From a virus: DNA of 64,000 bases. A model generated the notes under the pieces. It was not told where the DNA came from and searched no databases. It worked only from the letters and a program-made list of their open reading frames with translations. The stretch covers positions 1-64,000 of the IMG/VR virus record IMGVR_UViG_3300034071_003115, one strand, 5' to 3'. This document shows positions 10,019-21,700 of the stretch, piece by piece (position 1 is the first letter of the stretch; every line of letters starts with the position of its first letter). The position numbers and the translations under genes are program-made.

Positions 10019-10332
10019 GTTGGTCAGATATCGATTGGGGTGTGATTATGGGATCGTACGCTGACGCATTTGGCTATACGCCGAGTGACTTCATGCGTAT
10101 GACCCTCCCCCAGATCGCCTCATTCAGCAGATACATGGAAGAGCGCGACAAGAAGTTCAAGTCAAAGACCGACGACAGAGCGGCTGGCGGCAAGAGAATC
10201 CTCAGCGCGCCCGACAAGGAATCATCCATTGACGCTCTTGTTATGCAGTTTGGATCTCCAGAAGCCAAGCAATCGCTAGTTCGAGACCGAATTGAGAAAA
10301 TGCGCAATAGGGCGGCGGAGAGAGATAAGTAA
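9994..10332 (+). CDS. tail assembly chaperone -1 frameshift extension (gpGT-like)
   Basis: The -1 frame is open from GGGAAAA through 10042..10332 (FGYTPSDFMRMTLPQI). Confidence 0.8.
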   Translation, partial: GKSTKSGVGWSDIDWGVIMGSYADAFGYTPSDFMRMTLPQIASFSRYMEERDKKFKSKTDDRAAGGKRILSAPDKESSIDALVMQFGSPEAKQSLVRDRIEKMRNRAAERDK

Positions 10333-13300
10333 ATGTCTGACAAAGACTACGATGCTTTTTTTGGCGCTGATGATGTAGGCACAAACTATAAGGAATCAGC
10401 TAATCTTCGCGAAGAAGGCTACGTAGAGCAGCTTCTAACCACCCTAAACTACGGCAATAGACTCTCGGGTGACGATGAGATAGACGTTGCGTCTGCGTTT
10501 AATATGATGAGGCCGGTAGACGCCGAACGCCTTGCGCACAGAATTTTGCTTGGCGACAAGTCAGCACTTGTTAGCTCAATTCCTGCAGTACAAGATGGAC
10601 TCAATACCGTTAGGCGAGTGTCTGAGGCAATGGGCCCAAGCTGGGATCAGGAAAGAAAAATTACCCTTGAGGTAGTTCGCAGTTCTATTAATGAAAAGAT
10701 ATCAAAGCAAAACAAAGCATCTGGAAAATCAAAAGATCCGTATGTAGATCAGATCACTAAGCGAATTGGTAAAAGGGTTGCAGAAAGAAAACTTTCTACA
10801 AAAAACCCTCAGCAGATTCTTGACGCGCTCTATCGAGAGCTCGCATCTACCAGTGGCCTGAATCCGTATCAAAGATACAAGCTTCTTGGCGCCGTTGGCA
10901 GGGGCCCCCTCGGAAAAGCAGACGCAAAGTCAAGGGGCTTTAACTCCGCAATGCTTGATCTTGTTAAGAAAAACGGAGTTCAGGGAGTAAGGGCGGCTGC
11001 ATCGATACTCTCCCTTCTCGGGGGCAAGGGCATGGAAGGTTTGAGGTTTGATAAAAAAGGAAATCCAACAAACCTTAGATCTCTTATTCAAGGAACCGGA
11101 AAAGATGTTTCGATTCCTGGATCTGTTCAAGGACTCATCAAGGATGACTTGACGGTTATTTCAAGAGAGGCTGCCAGGCTGATGGCTGCCGACAGAAGGA
11201 TGACTGCAGAAAAGGCCCTTTCTCAAGCGCTTCAAAATATTCGCGAAGGGAAGGCCCTTACCGTAAAAAGGCAAGTCACCGTAAAGGCAACCGGCAAGAG
11301 GGTAATGGTTGGTGGCGATGCAAGAAAAAAGAGACAGATGTGGATCAGCGGGAAGGCCCCGATTAGTATTCCGGATACGGCAAACGGAATAAGGCAATTT
11401 GAGGATGCGCTTTCTAGGGGCCTTAGCGACAGGTCCGGTTTTGCGTCTGCGTTTGTTTCTGCAATTGCGTCCTCTAAGTCCACAGCGTCAAACATACGAT
11501 CCCTTGCAAAGCAGCGACAAGCAGCTGCAAGGCAGAAAATTGCAAGAAAAGAAACATCGGCAAAAAGGGTATCTGCGGCAACTTCAAGGATTAAGGACCC
11601 ATTTGCAGCTCTTGCTAATTTTCAGGATTTTGAAGGGGCTGTTCACAAAAGCCCGATAAGGGCCTACGCGGCAATCAGAAAAGACCTTGACTACTATAAG
11701 CGACTGCTTTCTCAGAACGGACCAGATTTTTTCAACAGCTTTGAGGGGCAGGCGATAGTTGGAAGGGTTCAAGGTCACCTTTCGCTTCTTAGGGCACTTA
11801 GCGATTCATTTGGATCAAAAGAATACAGGAACCTCACAAGCAAGGAGCGAGGGGCCGCATGGTTTGCGACGGGGGACCCGGATCTTAAACGAGCAGTAAC
11901 GCTCGTAAAGGAAAGAAGAAAGAATCTCAGTCAGGACGATAAGAATCTCCTGTTCACCGTAGCGTCTCTTGCTGGCACCTCAAAGACCAGGGGCTTGATG
12001 CCAATGGTTCAAATGGCAGAAGACATTGCAAGCGGAAAGCTGCAATTCAGAACGCCAAGAGAAAAGATGACTACAGAGCAGTTGATTCAAAGAGACGCCC
12101 CAAAGTTCAGGGCTGGTCTAAAGAAATACAACGAAAGAACAAGCAAACTCTTTGAAGCGATTAAAAAGGGAAAGTTTGACGAAAAGATTGTTAACCATCT
12201 TGGATCTGAAGAGACCCCTCTTAATGTTTCTGAATACGATTTTATCATTCAGCGCTCCGGTGGAAGATTTGCTGGAAAAGTAAGAAATCAATTCCTCAGG
12301 GGAGATAAAAACGCAACCTCACGCAGGAAGATACTTGAAGAGGCCGCTGGCAAGCTTGTTGACAACTACAAGAAAGCCATTGCAACGGCAACTTCATCTC
12401 CTGGAATTCAGTCAACAGAAGCTGCAAGGGCGGCCGGTCTTGAGTTGACAAGGGTTTTGCCGTCGCTCCATAGGGCATATTTGACGCTAGGCGGCGAGGA
12501 TGGGGTAATACTTACGGGCAGATCTTCAAGGGAAATAAGGTCTAGCGCAATTGCCAAGCCTGCCGTCATAGTAAAGCAATCCGGAAGCTTCCTTGCAAGC
12601 AGTCCTGCCTTTATGGGCGCATTCCTTTCAAGGTTTATGCCAAAAGTTACAGAAGAAAGGTACTCAACAAGTCTTATCGGACCAAATCCTGAATTTGCAA
12701 AGTACAAAAAAGAAATTCTGGACCCGATGAGAAAAAAGCGTGGAATTGCAGAGCTGCAAAAAGAAGAAAAAAGACTTGGTAAAATCAGCGAAACCCTTAA
12801 AAGAAAACTTGCGCTTATTGAAAGAAGACCAGCAGGAACAGAGAGCGCAAGAAAACAGAAAGAAGCAGCAATTGCGCTTATCACAAAAGAGTCAGAGCAG
12901 CACAGGCAAAAAGTTATAGCCCTTGGTCGTAAAATTGAAAAAACAGGATACACCGCGGCTCTAAAAAACGCACCCCCTGCATTTCTTACCGAACAAATTC
13001 CGTCCTCTAAGCCAACTGTAAAAGGGACGTTTGCAAGGCTTGCCGTTCTTCTTTCTGGCGAAGGAGCAAAATACGGTCTTTATGGAACAAGGGAAGGAAA
13101 GCAGTTCCAGAGAATGCAAGCGCAGGGTGATGTCTCTGTCGCAACAGGAGCCGCAAACCAGGCCCTACAGCAGCTTGCTGCCGACATTGCTGCAAACATA
13201 AGCCCAGCTGCAAGAAAGGAAATAGCAAAGCAAGAGCGAGCAGATGCAAGGGCGGCAAAGAAGGCTGAGGCTACCGCTGCTGCCGTCGATCAGTCCGCTG

Positions 13301-16300
13301 CCGCAATTGCAACAGCCGCAGGCGAGTCTGTTGTTAAAGAGGCTAAGAAGGGCAGAGCTGCCACCGGAACAAGAGCGGCTGCTGCAACTAGGGCGGCGCA
13401 AGAGGCTGCAGTTCCAGCCATTGCTGCTGGCGGTGCTGGCGGCGGCGGTGGCGGGCGAAGAGGGAGAAGGACTGCGGTAGCCCCCGGCGGACAGCCTGCT
13501 GGCGTTCCGCCAATTGGTGGTAAAAACGTATCGTCAATGAACAAGAACGCGGCTGCGATGGCGCAGCTATTTGGCGCACTTTCTACAATTGCACCGGTAT
13601 CCCCTAAGAAGCTGAGCGATCTAAGGGCGACAATCCGCGGACTTGCCGAAATGATGGCAGAGCTCCGTGGTATTTCCGGTGGAAAGATTACAACCAAGGG
13701 ACTCGCTGCGGCCCTTGGAAGGCAGGCGGCAGTGGCCACGCCAATAATGGCAGCTGGGGCTGGCGGTGCGGGTGTTGGTAGGGGGGCGACGGGAACTGGC
13801 GGTGGAGGTGGCGGCGGCGGAGGCAGTGGAAGATTCCTACCAGGATTTATGCCTGTTGGCGGACAAGAGATTAGGAATGCAGAAAAAGAAGCCGCACGCG
13901 GTATTGAGCGACAATCTGGAATTCTTGGAAGATTTGTTGATCAGATAAAATTCGGATTTAGCCAGCAGATAGTTGGTCAGATCAGCCAGGGCGTTGGTTC
14001 GCTCCTGTCGCACCTCCAGGGCGGAATTATTGGATTCAATGCACAGCTCGAAAACTCTGCGGTTGCATTCCAGACACTGTTTGAAAACGAGCAGAAGGCA
14101 ATGGGAGCAACGAATGTTGATATTACCAAGGCATCAGATCAGGCAGATACACTTGTAAAGTCTATTCAGCAGTTTGCAAACGTAACGCCGTTCAGATTCC
14201 CTGAACTTGTTGAATCAGCAAGAAGGATGCGCGCGTTCGGTTTCGAAACAAAAGAAATCATGCCAAATCTTCAAATTATTGGTGACGCTGTTGCGGCGCT
14301 TGGCGGAGAAGACGACAAGCTAAACCGAATCACTTATGCACTTGGGCAGATGAAGCAATCTGGTCGCGTATACCAAAACGACATGATGCAGCTGGCAAAC
14401 GCAGGTATTGCTGGATACGAGCTCCTTTCAAAGGCCGTCATGAAACAGATGGTCCAACAGGGAGAGGCAACAATAAGCTACTATGACTCCGTAAAAAAGC
14501 GAACCGTAACAATCACTAAAGAGATGCTCACCTCAACAGACAGGGACGCAAAGCTTGCAGCAGAATCTGCCCTTAATGCGCAGGTCAACAGGTTTGTAAA
14601 GCTTGGCAAGGAGGGCGCAAGGCAGCAATACGGAATTTCCATGCAAGCGGCAAAGGGCGCTAAGGGAATTTCCAAGGAAACCGTAGATCTTATTTTGAAT
14701 CAAGGACCGGTTCAGGCAATGCGAGTACTTTCAAAGCGAGGAAAAATTGAAGGAGCCGCAGCTGCAAGAAAGATCCTTGAGGAGATGTCGCTTGTCTTCG
14801 GCGGAGGAATGGAGAAGCTCTCAAGGACATTCCAGGGAGCACTTTCTACACTTCAGGACACAAGCCAGTACATGGTTGCGGTCGTTACAAAGCCAATATA
14901 TGACGGACTTAGAGATGTCATGTATGACATCGGCCTTGTATTCCAGTCAAGGGCCGCAAGAACAGCAACTGCAAACTTTGCCTCACAGTTCAGTGGAATG
15001 CTTGATGAAATTGCCCCAACCCTTCAGGCAACAGTTCAAATATTCCAGAAGTTTGGGGAAGGGGTTATCAGGCTTTTCACCGCACTCGGGCAAGGCGGAG
15101 GATCTGGCGTATTTGCAGTAATCGGAGACGGAATAAGGGCGATATCCGAGCTGATGAGGATAGACTTTGTCAGGGCCGCCGCGGTTGCGGCGCTTGCAAT
15201 GAGGGGAATTGCCCTGGCGTTCAACACAAACCCAATTCTTCTTGGTATAACAGCCGTGATCGCTGCATTCGGCGTGCTCTCAAAGGAATATGCTCAAAAC
15301 AGCGCGTTCAGAGGAGTAGTTGACAACTTTGCGGTTCCAATGCAGGGGCTTGTTCGCGAAGTTCAGTCCAAGCTTGTTCCTGCCCTTCAATCCCTTGCGT
15401 CAGGTGCTGGCGGTGCGTTCTTCGCTGAGCTGATCACTGGAATTACGCTTGTAATGCCGCTAATAAGCGTATTTATACGGCTGCTGAACATCTTCCTTGA
15501 GCTCCTTACAAGTATACCATTTGCAGTAGAGGCAATTGGGGCTTCTCTTGCGATTTTGGCAACCGGTAAGCTTTTTGGAAAACTTCTTTTTGGTTCCGCT
15601 GCAAAATTTGGTCCCGCAGGAGAGCTTATCAAGGCACCTTCTGGCGGTGCACTTGGAGGCCTCCAGAAGCTCTTTGGCTCACTTGGTGCGTTTAGCGCAG
15701 GAACTGTTGCCTCCAGACAGGCATATCAGATGGGCGCTCCGCTTGCCAACAAGGCAAGAACTGCGGCTGGTGAACTTAAGATTCAAAAAGTGGTCATGCA
15801 GAAGGTTGTTGACCAGACCGGAAACGCTTTCAGCCCCGTTCAAAGACAAAATATTTCAGCAACAGTTGCAGCAGCGCAGGCGCAAGTTTCCGCAACAGCA
15901 CAGACGGCGCAGGGCGTAAGGAACCTTTCTGGGGTCGGTGGATCAAGACTTATTGGGGTTGCGGCACGGCAAGAATACATGTCCGGAGTCAGTGCCCTTG
16001 CAACAAGGGATACCCCAATAGCAGCCAGGCTGGCAGGTTTCGGCGCAGACCTTAAGTCTACTGGGGGATTCTTCAGGAATGCAGTAAGCGTCTTCAAGGA
16101 AAGTATCTCCACTTTTGCAAGGTCTATTGGCGGTGCCTTTGCGGGGCTTAGAGGAGCTTCTGCTTCGAGGGCTGCGGCAGTTGGATTGGCGGGCGGACCC
16201 CTAAGGCCAAGCATAGAGCGCGGAATCGGGGCATACCTCAGCACAAAAGGGGCAAAAAATGTTGTTCAGGATAGTGGTGGATTTGCTAACGCACTAAAGA

Positions 16301-18717
16301 CTGGGGCGGGCGGACTTGCAGCACTAGGAAAGTCCCTGAAAGACGGGCTTGGACTGGTTGGTAAGTCTACCGTTCTTTTGACCGGCTTCTTTGCACTGTT
16401 TGACATTTTTGTCAACAAGGCAGATGTTATTAGGACGGCAATTTCATCTATAACATCCGTTATTGGCGGACTAGCTGGATTCCTGCTCGGGGGTCCAATC
16501 GGCGCCATCATCGGCTCAATGCTCGGGTCAGCGGCAGGCGGAGTGATATCTGATGCCGTTGGAAGACCGCAATTCCAAGACGGAGAGGTTGCTGGCGAAG
16601 GCGTTGAGATGGACATGACCCAGGCACAGATGGAGCAAGAAATCTGGAACAACGCATTGACAGACGGCAAGATGACGTTTGCCGAGATGGTTTCAATTGC
16701 CGAACAAATTCCCCTTAAGGTTGACGACATTGTTACGTCATTCAAGGCCCTAAATCCGGAAATCGAATCAATAAATTTCGGAATTAAAGATGTTCTTGCT
16801 GCGCTCAATGAGGCTGGCGGTTCGCTTAGCGCAGAAGAGGCGTTCACGAACGCGGCGGCACCTCTTGGCCTAAATACCAAAGAGATGCAGCAGAATATGG
16901 TTCTGCTAGACAACATTCAATCAATGATTCAGAAGGTTTACGAAAACAAGCTTGCGTTTGAGTTTAAGACGCCAATCAGAAACGAATCGGGCGGAATAGT
17001 AAACAATCAGCTTGCAAATCTTGCCGCAATGAAGGCTCAGGCTGAAATTGTCGCCGCGGTAATGCAGGCTGGCCCGTTCACAAACGTAGACCAACTAAAC
17101 CAAATGCTAGATACGCTTGCAAGCCGATTTATGGTAAGCAAAGAGCAGGCAGAGCAGTGGAATCTTCTCATCAATGGTGCTGAAGACTCAACTGAAGGCC
17201 TTTCAAGGGCAATTGAGAAGCTTAACGAAAAGCTTTCCTTCCTTAAGGCTAAGTTCAACATAGCATCCGGAGCCCTGCAAAACAGAATTCAGGCTCTGTT
17301 TGACAAGAGATTCAAAGAGCAGCTTGAGAAGGCAAAAGAGGCGTTCCTTGCAACCCAGGAAGTCATTGTCGAGGGAACGACCTGGAACCTTAAGGCACTT
17401 AAGGACGAAATTGAGGAGCAAGAGAAGAAGAATAGACTGCTCGCTGTTGAGAAAAGCCTTCGAGATGCAAATAGAAACATAGAAATGGCACGGCTTGCAC
17501 TCTACGACGCATCTATTGATCCGCTTGAAGCTGCGGCAAGAATGCGAGAGGCCGAAGAGGCAAAGACTGATGCCGTAAAGCAGGCTGCGCTTGAGAGAAA
17601 GAGAATTGCCCTTGACGAGGCAATGGCAAGCGAACCGGTAACCAGGGGACTTGAGGAAATTGACGAGAGGTTTGAGGCGATGAGAATGAAGTTCCAGGAA
17701 GAGATGCAAAGAATCATGCTTCTCTTGGAACAAGGAAAAATTACAGGCGCAGAGGCAATTGCGAGAATTAAGGCCCTATACGGTCAATCGTTTGCAAGTA
17801 TTGGCGACCTTGATGCGGAGCTTGCCGAAGATGCTGCCAATTTTGGGGAGTCATTCTTGGGGTCCTGGACAAAGACAATTGAAAAATTCATCAAGCTTGC
17901 AGATAAGATTGCCAAGCTTGTCAAGAAAATCAAGCAGCTGCAAAACTCGCTTAACAACCCCGGAACAGGAGCCAATGACGATGACCCAGGAGGACAGTAC
18001 ACAACTCCGCCTGGGTCTGCTGGAAACGGTACATCAACGCTTGGCGGAAGGCCGTACGACAACTGGAGAGAGCATGGCGTCGGTGCTCAAATGGAAAAGC
18101 AGGTTGAGTCAGATGCCGCAGGGATGCAGGTTACCGCAAACAAGATGACTCTCGGTGCCCTAAGGCTGAGATTCATGACACTTTGGAAAGAAGTTCAAGA
18201 TAGCGCAAAGAAAATGGCGCCAACAGGAATTTCTCCAACGGTTTGGGGGATTACACATTCAAATGCGCTAAAGATGTTCCTTGTTGGCACTGAGATGAGA
18301 AGGCTCTTTGCAACATCGATGAGCGTCGCACCGTCCTCAGCAGATTCTATACAGAAGCAGTTTGAGGTGCAGGTCACAAAGCTCAAGTCCACACTTAGCC
18401 CGCTTGGGAAGTATAACCCTGTTGCCGGTTTTGCAAGCGGCGGAACTATGATGGGCCCTGGTATATTTAGGGTAGGCGAGGCTGGCACGGAAACAATGCA
18501 GGTTACCCCGTATGGTGTCGCCAGGGTGTTCCCAAGGACATATCGACCAATACACGGCATTAGTGCAGCTGGCGGTAGCACATCCGGAGCGGTAAACGCA
18601 AGTGTTATAATCAACAACCCAACTGTTAGAAGCGACCAAGACATCAGGAAGCTTGCCGAAGAAGTCTCAAGGGCCCAAAGGTCACTGTTGAGGTCGTCAG
18701 GCGTAGGAAGGATCTAA
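10333..18717 (+). CDS. tape measure protein (2794 aa) with long basic N-terminal extension
   Basis: FNAQLENSAVAF..FANVTPFRFPEL..IGDAVAALG..ITYALGQM tape-measure motif, TM/Gly-Ala region, C-terminal FASGG...VGEAGTE. Confidence 0.9.
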   Translation: MSDKDYDAFFGADDVGTNYKESANLREEGYVEQLLTTLNYGNRLSGDDEIDVASAFNMMRPVDAERLAHRILLGDKSALVSSIPAVQDGLNTVRRVSEAMGPSWDQERKITLEVVRSSINEKISKQNKASGKSKDPYVDQITKRIGKRVAERKLSTKNPQQILDALYRELASTSGLNPYQRYKLLGAVGRGPLGKADAKSRGFNSAMLDLVKKNGVQGVRAAASILSLLGGKGMEGLRFDKKGNPTNLRSLIQGTGKDVSIPGSVQGLIKDDLTVISREAARLMAADRRMTAEKALSQALQNIREGKALTVKRQVTVKATGKRVMVGGDARKKRQMWISGKAPISIPDTANGIRQFEDALSRGLSDRSGFASAFVSAIASSKSTASNIRSLAKQRQAAARQKIARKETSAKRVSAATSRIKDPFAALANFQDFEGAVHKSPIRAYAAIRKDLDYYKRLLSQNGPDFFNSFEGQAIVGRVQGHLSLLRALSDSFGSKEYRNLTSKERGAAWFATGDPDLKRAVTLVKERRKNLSQDDKNLLFTVASLAGTSKTRGLMPMVQMAEDIASGKLQFRTPREKMTTEQLIQRDAPKFRAGLKKYNERTSKLFEAIKKGKFDEKIVNHLGSEETPLNVSEYDFIIQRSGGRFAGKVRNQFLRGDKNATSRRKILEEAAGKLVDNYKKAIATATSSPGIQSTEAARAAGLELTRVLPSLHRAYLTLGGEDGVILTGRSSREIRSSAIAKPAVIVKQSGSFLASSPAFMGAFLSRFMPKVTEERYSTSLIGPNPEFAKYKKEILDPMRKKRGIAELQKEEKRLGKISETLKRKLALIERRPAGTESARKQKEAAIALITKESEQHRQKVIALGRKIEKTGYTAALKNAPPAFLTEQIPSSKPTVKGTFARLAVLLSGEGAKYGLYGTREGKQFQRMQAQGDVSVATGAANQALQQLAADIAANISPAARKEIAKQERADARAAKKAEATAAAVDQSAAAIATAAGESVVKEAKKGRAATGTRAAAATRAAQEAAVPAIAAGGAGGGGGGRRGRRTAVAPGGQPAGVPPIGGKNVSSMNKNAAAMAQLFGALSTIAPVSPKKLSDLRATIRGLAEMMAELRGISGGKITTKGLAAALGRQAAVATPIMAAGAGGAGVGRGATGTGGGGGGGGGSGRFLPGFMPVGGQEIRNAEKEAARGIERQSGILGRFVDQIKFGFSQQIVGQISQGVGSLLSHLQGGIIGFNAQLENSAVAFQTLFENEQKAMGATNVDITKASDQADTLVKSIQQFANVTPFRFPELVESARRMRAFGFETKEIMPNLQIIGDAVAALGGEDDKLNRITYALGQMKQSGRVYQNDMMQLANAGIAGYELLSKAVMKQMVQQGEATISYYDSVKKRTVTITKEMLTSTDRDAKLAAESALNAQVNRFVKLGKEGARQQYGISMQAAKGAKGISKETVDLILNQGPVQAMRVLSKRGKIEGAAAARKILEEMSLVFGGGMEKLSRTFQGALSTLQDTSQYMVAVVTKPIYDGLRDVMYDIGLVFQSRAARTATANFASQFSGMLDEIAPTLQATVQIFQKFGEGVIRLFTALGQGGGSGVFAVIGDGIRAISELMRIDFVRAAAVAALAMRGIALAFNTNPILLGITAVIAAFGVLSKEYAQNSAFRGVVDNFAVPMQGLVREVQSKLVPALQSLASGAGGAFFAELITGITLVMPLISVFIRLLNIFLELLTSIPFAVEAIGASLAILATGKLFGKLLFGSAAKFGPAGELIKAPSGGALGGLQKLFGSLGAFSAGTVASRQAYQMGAPLANKARTAAGELKIQKVVMQKVVDQTGNAFSPVQRQNISATVAAAQAQVSATAQTAQGVRNLSGVGGSRLIGVAARQEYMSGVSALATRDTPIAARLAGFGADLKSTGGFFRNAVSVFKESISTFARSIGGAFAGLRGASASRAAAVGLAGGPLRPSIERGIGAYLSTKGAKNVVQDSGGFANALKTGAGGLAALGKSLKDGLGLVGKSTVLLTGFFALFDIFVNKADVIRTAISSITSVIGGLAGFLLGGPIGAIIGSMLGSAAGGVISDAVGRPQFQDGEVAGEGVEMDMTQAQMEQEIWNNALTDGKMTFAEMVSIAEQIPLKVDDIVTSFKALNPEIESINFGIKDVLAALNEAGGSLSAEEAFTNAAAPLGLNTKEMQQNMVLLDNIQSMIQKVYENKLAFEFKTPIRNESGGIVNNQLANLAAMKAQAEIVAAVMQAGPFTNVDQLNQMLDTLASRFMVSKEQAEQWNLLINGAEDSTEGLSRAIEKLNEKLSFLKAKFNIASGALQNRIQALFDKRFKEQLEKAKEAFLATQEVIVEGTTWNLKALKDEIEEQEKKNRLLAVEKSLRDANRNIEMARLALYDASIDPLEAAARMREAEEAKTDAVKQAALERKRIALDEAMASEPVTRGLEEIDERFEAMRMKFQEEMQRIMLLLEQGKITGAEAIARIKALYGQSFASIGDLDAELAEDAANFGESFLGSWTKTIEKFIKLADKIAKLVKKIKQLQNSLNNPGTGANDDDPGGQYTTPPGSAGNGTSTLGGRPYDNWREHGVGAQMEKQVESDAAGMQVTANKMTLGALRLRFMTLWKEVQDSAKKMAPTGISPTVWGITHSNALKMFLVGTEMRRLFATSMSVAPSSADSIQKQFEVQVTKLKSTLSPLGKYNPVAGFASGGTMMGPGIFRVGEAGTETMQVTPYGVARVFPRTYRPIHGISAAGGSTSGAVNASVIINNPTVRSDQDIRKLAEEVSRAQRSLLRSSGVGRI

Positions 18718-21700
18718 ATGGCTTCGGTAAGAGTACTGGTAAAGCTTAAGTACGAAGGAGAGACTGCTGCTTTTTATGACATTAGCGGCCGGGTCGATTA
18801 TGAAAATCTTTCCTGGGAATCAAACAGCGAAGGCACCAGCGCTAACGCTCGAGTTCCGGTATGGACAATTCTTCCAAAGTCGTCAACCGAAGTATCCGGA
18901 TACGCTGGGGCAACGTTTGCTGAAAAGTTAAACGCGGCGATAGCGGATGAGTCGTTCTTGATAGAGATTCCAAACAGGGCAGAAATCAGGATTGTTGATG
19001 TTGAAACATCTCCAGACACTGCTTTGTTTGCCGGGATTATCACAAGAATATCTAGCAACCGACAGGGCGGAAGCATCATTCAGGATGTTGAGTGCGCCGA
19101 CAATACCGCAATACTTGAAGAGCACGTTGTTGCCGACTACTATGCCCCAAGAGATTCCAGAGATATTGACGTAATATACGGTGGAACAACCACATACACT
19201 TCTTCCGCCTCGCTTCCCTCTGTGGTCGGGCAGATTGACGGGCTCTCGCTCTCGTCTGAGTCTACTGGTGGGAATCTATCCGACGGAACCTACGAGGTTC
19301 GAGCTCAGGCAAGAAACTCCACAATGACCGGCAGAGACTCCGCAACGCCTCAGTATGGACCGGTCACAAAGGCGGTTTCACTTGCGCTGTCTGCGGGAAC
19401 AGGCACACAGAGGCTGAAGATAAAATGGAAAAACCCGGGATCTGCAGACAGCGTCAGGATATATGTAAAAAGAACGTCTGCCTCAGGATCTGGCACGCAG
19501 AATGTTGAATATCTAGGCAAGACGGCAAACACACTTACATCGCAAAAGACGATTACTGCGGCAACAAGAACATCCAATGTTGTTGAGATAACAACATCAT
19601 CAGCACACGGGCTTTCAGTTGAAGACCCGATTGTTGTATCTATTCCGCAAACGCCTGGGTTCTCTGTTGCCCAAACGGACTTTGCCCTTGTCAAAGCTGT
19701 TCCAAATAGCACAAAAATCACATACGACAGCGTTGGCGATGACGGCTCTGCGACCATCACTGGCGCGTATCTCACCTCTGGGGGATCAGCGCTTGTCGGA
19801 TCTCTATCAACCGTTGAATCCCCAACTGTTTTGACGAGCTCATCCGCGAGGGGCTGGGCCGATGGTGAGATATACACGGTTGGCGGAAACAACTACAGGC
19901 TTGGTGTTGGGGCAGACAACGTTCGTGGATGGCTGTATCCGATCTCAGTCTTTGGTGGGCTTTTCGATAACTCATGGGTTAGCGAAATCGGACTCGACAC
20001 CAGCACGTACGTTGAGGCCGTGGACACACAGTACAGGTTTAGTCCCTACTTCCAGGAGAGCGACACGCCAAATGCCGAGCAGTATGGCGGACGAACGATT
20101 AGAAACATACTCGACTATATCTCCGAAAAGACTGGAGCCGAGTACTGGGTTGACAAGGGGTCGTTTGACGGGGGTGGCGCCTATTCTTGCAGGCTTCACT
20201 ATCGTGCAAAAACACCAAAAGAGCTTGTCGTTAACGGGCTTTACGACGGGAATATCGACGGCTGGACCACCGCCTCAGGGTTTACAATTGGATCTTCAAC
20301 GAGCGGCCCGTACGGGGCTGGGTACACGGTTACAAGCAGCACCTCGGGAACAGCGATATCAACAGCATCTGCAAACAGAATTCCGGTGGTCCATAACGAA
20401 GATTATTTTATCTCTGTTCGCGCCAAGGCAAGCAATCACGTTAACAGGCTTGATGCCCACTACGCGTTTTATGACGCTTCAGGAACAGAGATATCAAGAC
20501 ACTCGATTGGAAACCTATATGCAGCTGGTCAGTGGGAGAAGCTTTGGAAAGTTGCACATGTATCAAATTCATCCGCGGCGTATATTGGATTGGTCGGTGA
20601 GTGCACAAGCAGCCAGAGCGGATCGGTAAGCTTCACTGACTGGAGCGTAATCAAGATCACTGGGGCTATGGGCTATGGGGACTTTGAGGATTTAAATACG
20701 TACACCATTCCGATCTATGAAATGGAGGTGCCAAGCAGCCCAGTAGAGTCCGGAAACACTGCTAACAGGCTGCACCTCTATGCCGTGTTTAGGACAAGAG
20801 ACTCAAGCGGAAACAAAGTTGCACTAACGGATACGAGCGGCAATCCAGTTCAGTATGTCGACTACGACTTTGTGCCAGGAATCTGGGCGACAAACGGAAA
20901 AATTGTAGAGGCGGCAATTACCGACGAAAGGGTAGAAACGCTTGCCGACGCAGAGCTTTCTGCCGAGGGGTACTGGAAAGAAAACGGGCTGCCTATAGAG
21001 TCATACACGTTTGAGATGAGGCCGAGAAACGCGTCCGACTCAGTGTATCCAGTTCCTGAAGTTGGAGACGTGATTCCATTTATATGGAATACGATGGAAA
21101 TTGCAAAACCAATGATCGTAAAATCTGTTGCCGCAAAAATGCTTGGCATGGATATCGTCTATACAATAACCGTAGGTGGCGATGTAAGGCTGCAGAGAAG
21201 CGCTTTTATCAGGCTTAGCGAGAGAATCAGGGAAATTGATGATGTAAATCCGGTCCCTCCAACGCCAGATATTCCTTCGGATTTAACTGTTTCCGCAAAC
21301 GACAAATCTGTTGCTGTTTCCTGGTCTTTTGATGAGACTAGGGAAGTAAACAAAAAACTCGCCTCATTTGAAATTCAGCGGCAAGACGCGATATTTAGGG
21401 CAATCTCTGAGATTTCAAGAAGCGGGTCGACAGTAACTGTTACAACTGCCGTAAATCATGGCCTTGTAGTCAGTGACGTAATAAGAATTGACCTTGAGCC
21501 AACAGCAACCAACATCATGGCGCTTGAGGGCCAGTGGTCTGTCGCCTCAACGACAACAACAAGCTTTACGTTTGCATCGCTTACAAGCGGAACAATTTCA
21601 ACCACAAGCGTCAGCGGCTACGTCTATTACAATTTTACAGACTTTAGAACTGTTCAAAATACAAAAGCAACATATGTAAACGACGGCGGGCTAACAAACG

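Noticed and set aside
10333-18717. Virion RNA polymerase (N4-like) as the 2794-aa ORF
   Set aside because: It has clear tape-measure motifs and position, and I could not identify polymerase catalytic motifs.
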